35,990 bases of DNA, taken from Chloroflexota bacterium (GTDB lineage Bacteria > Chloroflexota > Limnocylindria > Limnocylindrales > CSP1-4). Location of the stretch: positions 1-35,990 of the forward strand of contig JAJYKX010000004.1 of NCBI GenBank assembly GCA_021788175.1. The letters are read 5' to 3'. Both the position numbers and the translations under genes were made by a program. The notes under the pieces were generated by a model. The model ran no database searches. It was not told where the DNA came from and saw only the letters and a program-made list of their open reading frames with translations. Of the stretch, positions 1 to 8,006 are shown one piece after another (within the stretch, counting starts at the first letter, position 1; the number at the start of each line of letters is the position of its first letter).

Positions 1-1230
1 CTGGTGGGCATACCAGGCCAGCCGGTCGATCCCCGCCAGGGCCGCCGCCTGGTAGAAGAAGGTGTCCGAGGACTGCGCGTACGCGCCGGCCACGGTGAGC
101 GGCCCGAACCCGACGCCGTTCCAGTCGCGGAAGGTCTGGCCGTCCAGGGTGATGTGCCCGTACGTGGGCAGGGTCTGGTCCGGTCCCAGCTTGTGGTCCG
201 CCAGCACCGCGCTCGCGGTCACCAGCTTCCAGGTGGAGCCGGGCGGGTAGATCTCGCCGATCGCATGGTTCAGGAGCGGGTGATTGGGGTTGTTCAGCAG
301 CGCCTGGTAGGCCTGGGTGGAGATCCCCTGCTCGAACGCGTTGTCGTCGTAGGTGGGCAGGCTCACCATGGCCAGCACCTCGCCGGTCTGGGGGTTCATC
401 ACGATGACGACCCCCTCCTTGAGCCCGGCCGTCTGCAGGCCCCACTCCAGCGCCTTCTGCGCCTGTTCCTGCATCTGGAGATCGATGGAGAGCTGCAGCG
501 TGTCACCGGCCTGCGGCTGCTTCAGCGTCGCCAGGACCTGGATGGGGCGCCCGGTCGCGTCGCGCTCGACCTCCTGGACCCCGTACGTGCCGCGCAGCTG
601 CTGCTCGTACTGCGCCTCCAGGCCGGCCTGGCCGACCATGTCGTTCGCGAGGTAGCCCTGCGACTGGAGGGCCTGGAGTTCCGCCGCGCTGATGGGACCG
701 GTGTACCCCAGCAGCTGCGACAGCAGCGAGCCGTACGTGTAATCGCGTCGGGAGTCCACGAGCACCTGGACGCCGGGCAGCTCGAGGTGGTCCTCGGCGA
801 TCAGCTGCGCGGTGGCGGGAGCGACGTTGGTCGCGATCTTGACCCCGTCGAACACCGCACCCGCGTTCGCGTTGATGGTCTCGTTGATCTGCGTCGTCGA
901 GATGCCGAGGAGCTGGGCCAGCCGGCTCACGACGCCGCTGCGCTCGGGGAACGGGAGGTCGGCCGGGATCACCTCGATGGCGAACGTGGGCACGTTCTGC
1001 ACGAGGGGACGGCCGGTCCTGTCCACGATGATCCCGCGCGTGGACTCGATGGGCTCCAGGGAGGTCATGTTCGCCTGGGCCGCCGCGTCGTAGTGCGCAC
1101 CCTGCACGACCTGGAGGTAGGCAAGGCGGACCGTGAAGGTGCCCAGGATCAGCACCACCGCCAGCCCGAACGCCACGAAGCGTGCGAGCGAGCGCGGATG
1201 CCGCGGCGCGTCGTCGCCGAAGGGGGTCAC
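1..1230 (-). CDS. mrdA: Penicillin-binding protein 2 (class B transpeptidase), 3' end runs off the window
   Basis: Not in the ORF track; translated by hand from GTG at 1230: MTPFGDDAPRHPRSLARFVAFGLAVVLILGTFTVRLAYLQVVQG (TM anchor), RGIIVDR, GQAGLEAQYEQQLRG, VMNPQTGEVLAMVSLPTYD, catalytic SxxK (YPPGSTWK), SxD motif (QSSDTFFY). Frame is open to position 1. Confidence 0.93.
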   Translation of the reverse strand, partial: MTPFGDDAPRHPRSLARFVAFGLAVVLILGTFTVRLAYLQVVQGAHYDAAAQANMTSLEPIESTRGIIVDRTGRPLVQNVPTFAIEVIPADLPFPERSGVVSRLAQLLGISTTQINETINANAGAVFDGVKIATNVAPATAQLIAEDHLELPGVQVLVDSRRDYTYGSLLSQLLGYTGPISAAELQALQSQGYLANDMVGQAGLEAQYEQQLRGTYGVQEVERDATGRPIQVLATLKQPQAGDTLQLSIDLQMQEQAQKALEWGLQTAGLKEGVVIVMNPQTGEVLAMVSLPTYDDNAFEQGISTQAYQALLNNPNHPLLNHAIGEIYPPGSTWKLVTASAVLADHKLGPDQTLPTYGHITLDGQTFRDWNGVGFGPLTVAGAYAQSSDTFFYQAAALAGIDRLAWYAHQ

Positions 1231-1333
1231 GGTCTGGCCGGCGGGAGCCCGGCCGGGATGAACGGTCGCATGAGCGCGCCGAGGATAGCCCGGTGCCCGA
1301 AGCCGGGCGTTGCAGAACCATCTCCGTCCGGAC

Positions 1334-1422
1334 TGGTGCCGAAGGAGGGGTTCGAACCCTCACGGGCCTCGCGGCCCGGCGGAGTTTAGGTCCGCCGCGT
1401 CTGCCGGTTCCGCCACTTCGGC
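1334..1422 (-). tRNA. tRNA-Leu(UAA) with atypical anticodon loop CCUAAAC
   Basis: Full cloverleaf: acceptor GCCGAAG/CTTCGGC, A73, encoded CCA, Leu-type D arm GCGGAACCGGCAGACGC, anticodon stem GCGGA/TCCGC, long variable arm with GCGA loop, T arm GAGGG-TTCGAAC-CCCTC. Confidence 0.9.
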
Positions 1423-1431
1423 GCCGCGGCG

Positions 1432-1437
1432 AGTCTA
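1432..1437 (-). promoter_or_regulatory. Putative -10 box (TAGACT) for tRNA-Leu(UAA)
   Basis: TAnnnT hexamer 9 nt upstream of the tRNA 5' end in very GC-rich context. Confidence 0.55.
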
Positions 1438-1568
1438 GGCCATCCGCGGGGACCGGGCGCGGAGCCCTGCTTTCAGGATCGTTGCAGCTCGGGAGGCCAG
1501 AATGCCCGGCCGCGGGGGGTGGACGACGTCCGGGGCCGCACGGTGGCACGGGCGTCGAGGAGGTGAAC

Positions 1569-3137
1569 GTGCGCGCGACGACCCCGGGTTCCACACCCCC
1601 CTGGACCAGGCGGCGGTTCCTCGGGGGCCTGGTGGGAGTCGTCGCCGGGGCCGTGCCTGCGGGCGGGATCGCGTACGGGCTGGTGCGGGGTGCGCTCGAA
1701 TCCGGCGGGTCGTCCGGGGTGTCGAGCCGACGGCTGCTCGGGCTCCCGGACGCGTCGACCCCGGGGACGAGCGCCGGTGCGACGGCGGCCCGCCGTGCCT
1801 TCCACTCCCGCCCGGATCTCACGCCCCCGGTGGTCACGACGGACGTCCCGGCGGGGCGGGTCGCACCCGGGTACGTCTTCCTGACGCCCAACAACGGCGC
1901 CGGTCCGGACGGTCCGGCGATCGTCGACAACGCCGGTGAGCTGGTATGGATGCGGCCGGACGCCACGAACCACGCCACCGACCTGCGGGTCGCCGAGTAC
2001 CGGGGGCAGCCGGTCCTCACCTGGTGGGAGGGCACCACGAACGGCGGGATCGGATCGGGTGACTGCGTCATAGCGGACACCAGCTACCAGGAGATCGCCC
2101 GGATCCGCGCAGGCAGCGGGCGCACGATCGACCTGCACGAGCTCCAGATCACCCCGCAGGGGACGGCGCTGTTCTTCGCGGACGCCGCCGTGGACGCACG
2201 CCAGCAGCTCGCCGGCGGCACTCCCCTGCCCTGGCAGGTGATGGACTGCTCGATCCAGGAGGTCGACATCGCGACCGGTGCCCTCCTGTGGGAGTGGCAC
2301 GTCATCGACCACATCGGTCTCGACGAGTCCTTCGCCGGACAGCCCACGAACAACAGGACCGTGTACGACTACGTGCACACGAACTCCATCCAGGTGCTTC
2401 CCGACGACAGCCTCCTCGTGTCGGCCCGCAACACGTCCACGATCTACCGGATCGATCGTCCATCGGGCACGATCCGGTGGCGACTGGGGGGCAAGCGCAG
2501 CGACTTCAGCATCGGCGCCGGGGCCGCCTTCGGCTGGCAGCACGACGCGCGCTGGAGGCCGGACGGCACCCTCACCGTCTTCGACGACGAGGCACCGCCG
2601 GTGCCCGCCCGTGCGCTCGTGCTGCGGATCGACGAGGACGCCCATACCGTGGAGCTCGTGCGCGCCCTCACCCGCAGCCAGCCGGACCTGGTGTCGAGCC
2701 AGGGCAGCGTGCAGCTGCTCGACAACGGCAACCTCTTCGTCGGCTGGGGCAGCACCCCCTACTGCAGCGAGTTCGCCCCGGACGGCCGCCTGGAGTTCGA
2801 CGCAGCCTTCCCGGCCGCGACCCAGTCGTACCGCGACTTCCGCTTCGAGTGGCACGCCGCCCCGATCGACGAACCGGCCATGGCGGTCGTGCAGTCCGGC
2901 GATGCGCTCACCGTCTACGCCAGCTGGAACGGCGCCACCGAGGTCGTCCGCTGGGATGTGCTGGGCGGCCCGGATCCCGCTCACCTGTCCCTGTCAGGAT
3001 CCGCCCCGCGCAGCGGCTTCGAGACCGCGGTCCGGGTGCCGGCAGGCCCGCCCTTCATCGCCGTGCGCGCCGTGGACGGCGCCGGCCGCCCGCTGGGGAC
3101 CTCGCAGCCGACGCGCTACGGCACGACCACGAGCTGA
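1569..3137 (+). CDS. Arylsulfotransferase (ASST) family beta-propeller protein with Tat signal
   Basis: GAGGAGG RBS before GTG at 1569; twin-arginine TRRRFL followed by a hydrophobic stretch; motifs FHSRPDL, GQPVLTWWEG, DLHELQIT, YDYVHTNSI, WRLGGKRSDF, WQHDAR, SSQGSVQLL, VYASWNGATEV. Confidence 0.85.
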   Translation: MRATTPGSTPPWTRRRFLGGLVGVVAGAVPAGGIAYGLVRGALESGGSSGVSSRRLLGLPDASTPGTSAGATAARRAFHSRPDLTPPVVTTDVPAGRVAPGYVFLTPNNGAGPDGPAIVDNAGELVWMRPDATNHATDLRVAEYRGQPVLTWWEGTTNGGIGSGDCVIADTSYQEIARIRAGSGRTIDLHELQITPQGTALFFADAAVDARQQLAGGTPLPWQVMDCSIQEVDIATGALLWEWHVIDHIGLDESFAGQPTNNRTVYDYVHTNSIQVLPDDSLLVSARNTSTIYRIDRPSGTIRWRLGGKRSDFSIGAGAAFGWQHDARWRPDGTLTVFDDEAPPVPARALVLRIDEDAHTVELVRALTRSQPDLVSSQGSVQLLDNGNLFVGWGSTPYCSEFAPDGRLEFDAAFPAATQSYRDFRFEWHAAPIDEPAMAVVQSGDALTVYASWNGATEVVRWDVLGGPDPAHLSLSGSAPRSGFETAVRVPAGPPFIAVRAVDGAGRPLGTSQPTRYGTTTS

Positions 3138-3185
3138 CGGCCCCGACCGGCGCGGTGCGCGCCGGCATGGCACCATCCCGCACAC

Positions 3186-4469
3186 ATGGCCCTCCTCCCG
3201 TCCGCGGCGGCGCGCACCCGGCGTGCCAGCCTCGATCCCCTGTTCTGGGTGCTCGCGCTCCTGCTGGTCGTCACGGGAGCCGGCCTTGCCGTCGTGCTCG
3301 TCGCCGAGCTCGCCGCACCCATCGCCTCGGGTCCGCACCACGACTTCCTGGCCTTCTACGCCGCCGGGAAGCTCGTGCTGGACGGGCGACCCGACGGTCT
3401 CTACGACCCGTCGGCGATCACGGCGATCCAGCGCGCGATCATCCCGGTGCCCGTCGGAGCCAACGGCTACATGCCGTTCATCAACCCGCCGTTCGCGGCG
3501 GTGGCGTTCGCGCCGCTGGCGCTCCTTCCCGCCGCCGCGTCGCGCGTCGCCTGGGTCCTGCTGAGCGTCGCGATGCTCGTGGCGGCGGCCGCCTGGATGG
3601 CCCGGCCGCTTCCGCCGCGGGAGCGGATCGCCACCGTCCTGCTGGTGGCCCTGAGCTTCCCGGCCTACCACTCGCTCGCCGAGGGACAGTGGTCGGCGGC
3701 CATGCTCCTCGGCGGGCTGGCTGCCCTGGTCGCAGCCCGCCGGGGCTCCTGGACGCTCGCCGGCGTGGCGCTGGCGACCTGGTGGCTCAAGCCCCAGCTG
3801 ATCGCCCTGCCGCTGATCGCGCTGGCCCTGGACCGCCGCTGGACCACCGTGGTGTCGGCCGTCGCCACGGGGATCGTCCTGGCGATCGGCAGCCTCCCGT
3901 TCGTCGGGATCGGCACCTACGTCACCTACGTGGGCTACCTGGTGCAGGTCGGGGTGAGCCACTTCAACGGCGCCGGTGCCGTCGCGCCGTCCGTGTGGCA
4001 GGGCAACCTGACCACGGCCGAGGGACTCAACGGGTTCCTGGTCGGCCTGCTCGGCCAGGGATCGGTCGTCGGGGTGGACGCGGTCTGGGGCATGCTCTCG
4101 GTGGGGCTCGTCCTGCTCTGGTTGATCGCCGCTCTGAGGACCCGGCCCGGCTTCACCACGCTGCAGGGGCGGCGGATGGTGGCGGCGGGGATCGGCGTCG
4201 TGCTGCTGGTCAACCCGAACCTCTTCGTCCAGGACTGCCTGCTGGTCTTCCTCCTGCTGCCCGCCCTCTGGCCGCTGCCCGCAGCGGCCTACTGGCGCGC
4301 CGCGGTGGGCGTGGCCATCCTGGCCGCGGTCACCGCGGTCGACCAGCCGCTGGCATCCCACCTGTTCACGGTCGTGCTGTTCGCCGTGGTCGTGGGCATC
4401 TGCGCCGCCGCGATCGCGTCGAGCGTCCGCGCCGTGCCGGCTACGCGCCCGGCGTCCGCTCCGCGATGA
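3186..4469 (+). CDS. GT87/DUF2029 family polytopic glycosyltransferase (GT-C)
   Basis: DFLAFYAAG...GLYD, PFINPP, GQ and LKPQ motifs with many TM segments. Confidence 0.85.
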   Translation: MALLPSAAARTRRASLDPLFWVLALLLVVTGAGLAVVLVAELAAPIASGPHHDFLAFYAAGKLVLDGRPDGLYDPSAITAIQRAIIPVPVGANGYMPFINPPFAAVAFAPLALLPAAASRVAWVLLSVAMLVAAAAWMARPLPPRERIATVLLVALSFPAYHSLAEGQWSAAMLLGGLAALVAARRGSWTLAGVALATWWLKPQLIALPLIALALDRRWTTVVSAVATGIVLAIGSLPFVGIGTYVTYVGYLVQVGVSHFNGAGAVAPSVWQGNLTTAEGLNGFLVGLLGQGSVVGVDAVWGMLSVGLVLLWLIAALRTRPGFTTLQGRRMVAAGIGVVLLVNPNLFVQDCLLVFLLLPALWPLPAAAYWRAAVGVAILAAVTAVDQPLASHLFTVVLFAVVVGICAAAIASSVRAVPATRPASAPR

Positions 4470-5217
4470 ACGCCTGGACACGCGTCCAGGCGTCGGCCGA
4501 CTCCGCCGCGTACTGCTCGGCCCGCCGGTCGAAGAAGCTGTGAGGCGCCCCCGGATAGGCGTGCAGCGCGTGCTGGACGCCGGCCCGGGTCAGCGCCTCC
4601 TCGAACGCCGCGATGGATGCCGCCGGAATGCTCTCGTCCGCGCCGCCGAAGAGGCCCAGGACCGCGCCCTGCATCTCCCCCACCACGTCGGCGGGTGCGG
4701 GTGAATCGCCGAAACGGTGGGGGCCCACCGGCACGCCGTAGAAGCCCACCACGCCGGCGAACCGCGGTGCGCGCCAGGTCGCGGCCAGGAACGCGAGCCG
4801 GCCGCCGTAGCAGAACCCCATGGCGAAGAGGGCGCGGCCCGGGCGCACCGCGTCGAGCGTCCGGGCGGCGGCGGAGATGTCGGCCGAGAGGCCCGCCCAG
4901 CGGGCCTGCTCCAGGTGCTCCCGATACGGGAAGTCGTCCGGCCGCTCTCCCGTCCCCGCGGTCCGCGCGAAGTAGTCGATCGCGAGCGCGTCGACCCCCG
5001 ACTCGGCGAAGCGCAGCGCCAGCTCCTCGTAGTAGCGATGGAGGCCCCGCGCATCCGGCAGGATCAGCATCGCCGCCCGGCTCGGCTCGCTGCCGGCGAG
5101 CGCCTCGAACGCCCGGACGGGCGTTCCGTCATCGGACGTCAGCTCGAACGTGCGGTGGGCGACGGCGGCGCCGGCGATCGGCTCGATGGGGGGACATGCT
5201 CCGGGGTCGAAGCACAT
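4441..5217 (-). CDS. Dienelactone hydrolase family protein
   Basis: Nucleophile elbow GFCYGG, GGADESI (Asp), YPGAPHSFF (His); GGAGG RBS. The 3' end overlaps the convergent GT87 gene by 29 nt. Confidence 0.9.
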   Translation of the reverse strand: MCFDPGACPPIEPIAGAAVAHRTFELTSDDGTPVRAFEALAGSEPSRAAMLILPDARGLHRYYEELALRFAESGVDALAIDYFARTAGTGERPDDFPYREHLEQARWAGLSADISAAARTLDAVRPGRALFAMGFCYGGRLAFLAATWRAPRFAGVVGFYGVPVGPHRFGDSPAPADVVGEMQGAVLGLFGGADESIPAASIAAFEEALTRAGVQHALHAYPGAPHSFFDRRAEQYAAESADAWTRVQAFIAERTPGA

Positions 5218-5395
5218 GGGGACGCGCCTCCATTCGGTGGATCCGGCAGGGACGTGCCGGCGAAACGCATCCTACCGGTCCATCGCCGTCGGCGAGCAGA
5301 GCGCGCCCGGTCGGCGTGGTGCGAAACGGGGTGCCGGGGCGACGCGAGGGGTCGGGGCGTCCGGCGGCTACCGGCGCGACGCCCTCGCCGATCCG

Positions 5396-5641
5396 TCAGC
5401 CGAACCAGAGCTGTCCTTCAGCCTCACCGACGGGCGGCACGAGAATCGCGCGGATCGTCTCGAGCGGCAGGTTCGTGCGGCGCGCAACGTGCGCCGCGAG
5501 CGAGGTGGGGTTGTCCGCGCAGCGGGCGAGCGCGCGGGGGTCGAGACGGGGCCAGATCGCAAGGGCCCGCCGGGCGAGCGGGGACGGCCCTGCCGTACGG
5601 GGCGGGCGACTACGGGCGATGGCTTGTCGTGGGGACGACAT
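5396..5641 (-). CDS. Small hypothetical protein, possibly CsbD-like helical fold
   Basis: 81-aa ORF; core WPRLDPRALARCADNPTSLAAHVARRTNLPLETIRAIL looks amphipathic and protein-like; AGGA upstream and a TAGGAT -10 candidate at 5699-5704. Confidence 0.5.
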   Translation of the reverse strand: MSSPRQAIARSRPPRTAGPSPLARRALAIWPRLDPRALARCADNPTSLAAHVARRTNLPLETIRAILVPPVGEAEGQLWFG

Positions 5642-5805
5642 GGCGGAGGTCCTCGCAGTGTCGGAAGCGATGCGCGCCCGGGGAGGCGGCGCAGCGCAAT
5701 CCTACCCCAGACTGTTATGCGGCTGCAACATCCATGTCAGTTCGCGCAACATGCCTGCAAGCCATCCCGGACTCCACTGCCGGGCCGCCGGGACCTCGCG
5801 CCCGG

Positions 5806-6171
5806 TCACCGGTTCCAGTCGTTCTCCCTGACCCAGCCGATCCGCTTTCGGAACCGGCCGGTCCAGCCAAGTTCATAGGCCCGTTCCTCGGTGTGCTCCG
5901 GCAGCGCGTGCACCTCGGCGCTGGTGATGGCGAGGGTCACGGCGCCGGTCGTCATCTCGCCGACCTGGGCAGCGGGAACCAGCACCCTGTGCCCGAGCCT
6001 GCCCAGGTGCACTTCCAGGCCGTGGAACACGTCCTCCTCCTGGGAGCCGAGCACCTCGGAGACGCGGCCAACGGACTCTCCGTCGCTGGACACGACCGGC
6101 AGGTTCTCGGGGATATCACGCCACGAGATGGGATCAGCCCCGGCGGGCCCCGCCGGCGTAGCGTCAGTCAT
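5806..6171 (-). CDS. PRC-barrel / DUF2171-like small protein
   Basis: GGAGG RBS 5 nt before ATG at 6171; ISWRDI...PVVSSDGESVGRVSEVLG...FHGL...VLVPAAQV is a typical PRC-barrel pattern. Confidence 0.7.
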   Translation of the reverse strand: MTDATPAGPAGADPISWRDIPENLPVVSSDGESVGRVSEVLGSQEEDVFHGLEVHLGRLGHRVLVPAAQVGEMTTGAVTLAITSAEVHALPEHTEERAYELGWTGRFRKRIGWVRENDWNR

Positions 6172-6356
6172 CTGTTCCTCCGAAGTCGTCCGGGTTGGGG
6201 CGCCGGCGGTGGGCGCACGGCAGACCCTCGGCACCACGGGCAGTGGCTCCTGATCGGGGCTGCGGCGTGGGCGAGGAGCCTCGCGACGACGTGCCCGGCA
6301 CACTGTACTCGGCCAGGCTGGGAGCGCCGTTCCCGTCGCGGACGCGCCAGGCATGG

Positions 6357-6376
6357 AAAAGGCCCCCGAGGGGGCC
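6357..6376 (-). terminator. Rho-independent terminator of the tRNA operon
   Basis: Minus strand GGCCCC-CTCG-GGGGCC followed by TTTT, 17 nt downstream of the tRNA-Cys CCA. Confidence 0.7.
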
Positions 6377-6393
6377 TGGTTCACGCGGGAAAG

Positions 6394-6469
6394 TGGAGGC
6401 GACGAGCGGATTCGAACCGCTGAATAGAGGTTTTGCAGACCTCCCCCTTAACCACTTGGGTACGTCGCC
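6394..6469 (-). tRNA. tRNA-Cys(GCA)
   Basis: Acceptor GGCGACG/CGTCGCC, U73, CCA; anticodon loop CT-GCA-AA. Confidence 0.97.
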
Positions 6470-6497
6470 CCGCGCGCCTGCGGCCCGGGCCGGTCGC

Positions 6498-6571
6498 TGG
6501 CTGGCCCTCGAGGATTCGAACCTCGGTTCACGGATCCAAAGTCCGCTGTCCTACCACTAGACGAAGGGCCA
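6498..6571 (-). tRNA. tRNA-Gln(UUG)
   Basis: Acceptor TGGCCCT/AGGGCCA (U1-A72), anticodon loop CT-TTG-GA, CCA. Confidence 0.96.
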
Positions 6572-6606
6572 GCGGGCCGTCGAGGGCCGAGTGCAAGGGA
6601 AGAGAG

Positions 6607-6682
6607 TGGAGCGGAAGACGGGACTCGAACCCGCGACCCTCACCTTGGCAAGGTGATGCTCTACCAACTGAGCCACTTCCGC
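6607..6682 (-). tRNA. tRNA-Gly(GCC)
   Basis: Acceptor GCGGAAG/CTTCCGC, loop TT-GCC-AA, U73, CCA. Confidence 0.97.
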
Positions 6683-6717
6683 CCGTTCGCGCCGCCCGGC
6701 CTGCCGGGCTGATTCTG

Positions 6718-6793
6718 TGGTGCCGAGAGCCAGGATCGAACTGGCGACACCGCGATTTTCAGTCGCGTGCTCTACCAACTGAGCTATCTCGGC
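6718..6793 (-). tRNA. tRNA-Phe(GAA)
   Basis: Acceptor GCCGAGA/TCTCGGC, loop CT-GAA-AA, CCA. Confidence 0.97.
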
Positions 6794-6831
6794 CCGGTTC
6801 GCCGTGAGGCGCCACCCCCTCGGCGGCCGAC

Positions 6832-6861
6832 AGACTATCACACCCCGCGCGGTCCAGTCGA
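6832..6861 (-). promoter_or_regulatory. Putative promoter of the Phe-Gly-Gln-Cys tRNA operon
   Basis: TCGACT (-35), 18-nt spacer, extended -10 TGA-TAGTCT. Confidence 0.6.
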
Positions 6862-6922
6862 GTCGACCGCGCACGACCGTCGAGGCCCCCAAAGGCAACC
6901 CGGGAGGCCGCGTGGAACCCGG

Positions 6923-7903
6923 TCAGTCGAGCCCCTGCAGCTGCCGCATCGCCGCGGCATCCAGCGGCGGGTCGCCGGTGAGCTGGCGCAGCCGGTTGAT
7001 GCGGTCGCCGATGGGTGGGTGGGTCGAGAAGAGCCCCTGCGCCCGCGACTCGAACTTCTTGATGGGGTTGACGATGTAGAGGTGCTGGGTGGCCCGGTTC
7101 GCCACCTCGAGCACCTCCTGGTCCGAGGCGATCTTGGCCAGCGCGCGCTCGAGGCCCGCCGGATTGCGCGTGAGCTCCACGCTCGACGCGTCGGCCAGGT
7201 ATTCGCGCTGCCGGCTGACCGCCAGCTGCACGAGCCGCGCAAAGATGGGCGCGAGGATGGCCAGGACGATCGCCACCACGAAGAGGATCAGCTGGATCGC
7301 CCCGCCGCCCTCCCGGTCGTTGCCGCGCCGCGGGCCGCCGCCGAAGAACGTGAAGCGCAGGAAGAAGTCGGCGAGCAGCGCGATGCTGCCCACCAGCACG
7401 GCGACCAGCAGGGTGAACCGGATGTCGTAGTTGCGGACGTGGGACATCTCGTGCCCGATCACGCCCTGGAGCTCCTCGCGGTTCAGCTTCTGGAGCAGCC
7501 CCGTGGTGATGGCGATGGAGGCGTGCTTGGGGTCGCGGCCGGTGGCGAAGGCGTTGGGCGCGCTGTCGTCGATGATGAAGACCCGGGGCATGGGGACGCC
7601 CGCCGCCACGGCCATCTCCTGGACCACGTCGAAGAGCTGGGGCGCCTGCTCGCGGGTGACCTGCCGCGCGTGCGAAGCGCCGAGGACCAGCGAGTCGCCG
7701 CCGAAGTACGAGCCCGCCGTCAGCAGCAGCGAGAGGAAGACGGCACCCAGCACCACCACGTAGGCGCTGCTCGTGCTCCCGGTGAGGCCATACCCGATGG
7801 CGAACCCGAGGCCCCCCAGGACCACCAGGACGATGGCGGCGAGGAGCAGCGAGTACCGCCGGTTGGCGGCCTCCTCGCTGTAGAAGGTCGTGTGGGGGGT
7901 CAT
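6923..7903 (-). CDS. htpX: M48 family zinc metalloprotease HtpX
   Basis: PNAFATGRDP, GVIGHEMSH (HExxH), SRQREYLADA, FSTHPP; follows lemA. The start could alternatively be ATG at 7948. Confidence 0.93.
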   Translation of the reverse strand: MTPHTTFYSEEAANRRYSLLLAAIVLVVLGGLGFAIGYGLTGSTSSAYVVVLGAVFLSLLLTAGSYFGGDSLVLGASHARQVTREQAPQLFDVVQEMAVAAGVPMPRVFIIDDSAPNAFATGRDPKHASIAITTGLLQKLNREELQGVIGHEMSHVRNYDIRFTLLVAVLVGSIALLADFFLRFTFFGGGPRRGNDREGGGAIQLILFVVAIVLAILAPIFARLVQLAVSRQREYLADASSVELTRNPAGLERALAKIASDQEVLEVANRATQHLYIVNPIKKFESRAQGLFSTHPPIGDRINRLRQLTGDPPLDAAAMRQLQGLD

Positions 7904-8006
7904 GCTGCGGCCCCGCGCCGCGACGGGCGCCGCAGCCTCGCCGGGCATCGCAGCCGTGCCGGAAGCCCGGCCGTTCGCCGGATCGACGGGATCGAGACCG
8001 GGTCCA

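Noticed and set aside
4-1389. Long ORF-track frames such as 4..1389, 20532..23600, 25787..27979, 28059..29795 and 31456..33708
   Set aside because: They are antisense shadows of recognisable genes, expected when high GC makes stop codons rare, and they carry no family motifs.
1384-1390. Reading the odd tRNA loop as CUA (amber suppressor or tRNA-Pyl)
   Set aside because: CUA is off-centre in the 7-nt loop, and shifting the register breaks the anticodon stem. The body is Leu-type (long variable arm, A73), unlike tRNA-Pyl, and no pyl genes are in the window.
1569-6393. Genomic island between tRNA-Leu(UAA) and tRNA-Cys
   Set aside because: No integrase, no duplicated tRNA 3' end, and composition looks like the flanking core genes.
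6498-6571. U1-A72 first pair in tRNA-Gln
   Set aside because: This is normal for bacterial tRNA-Gln and is the known GatCAB recognition element.
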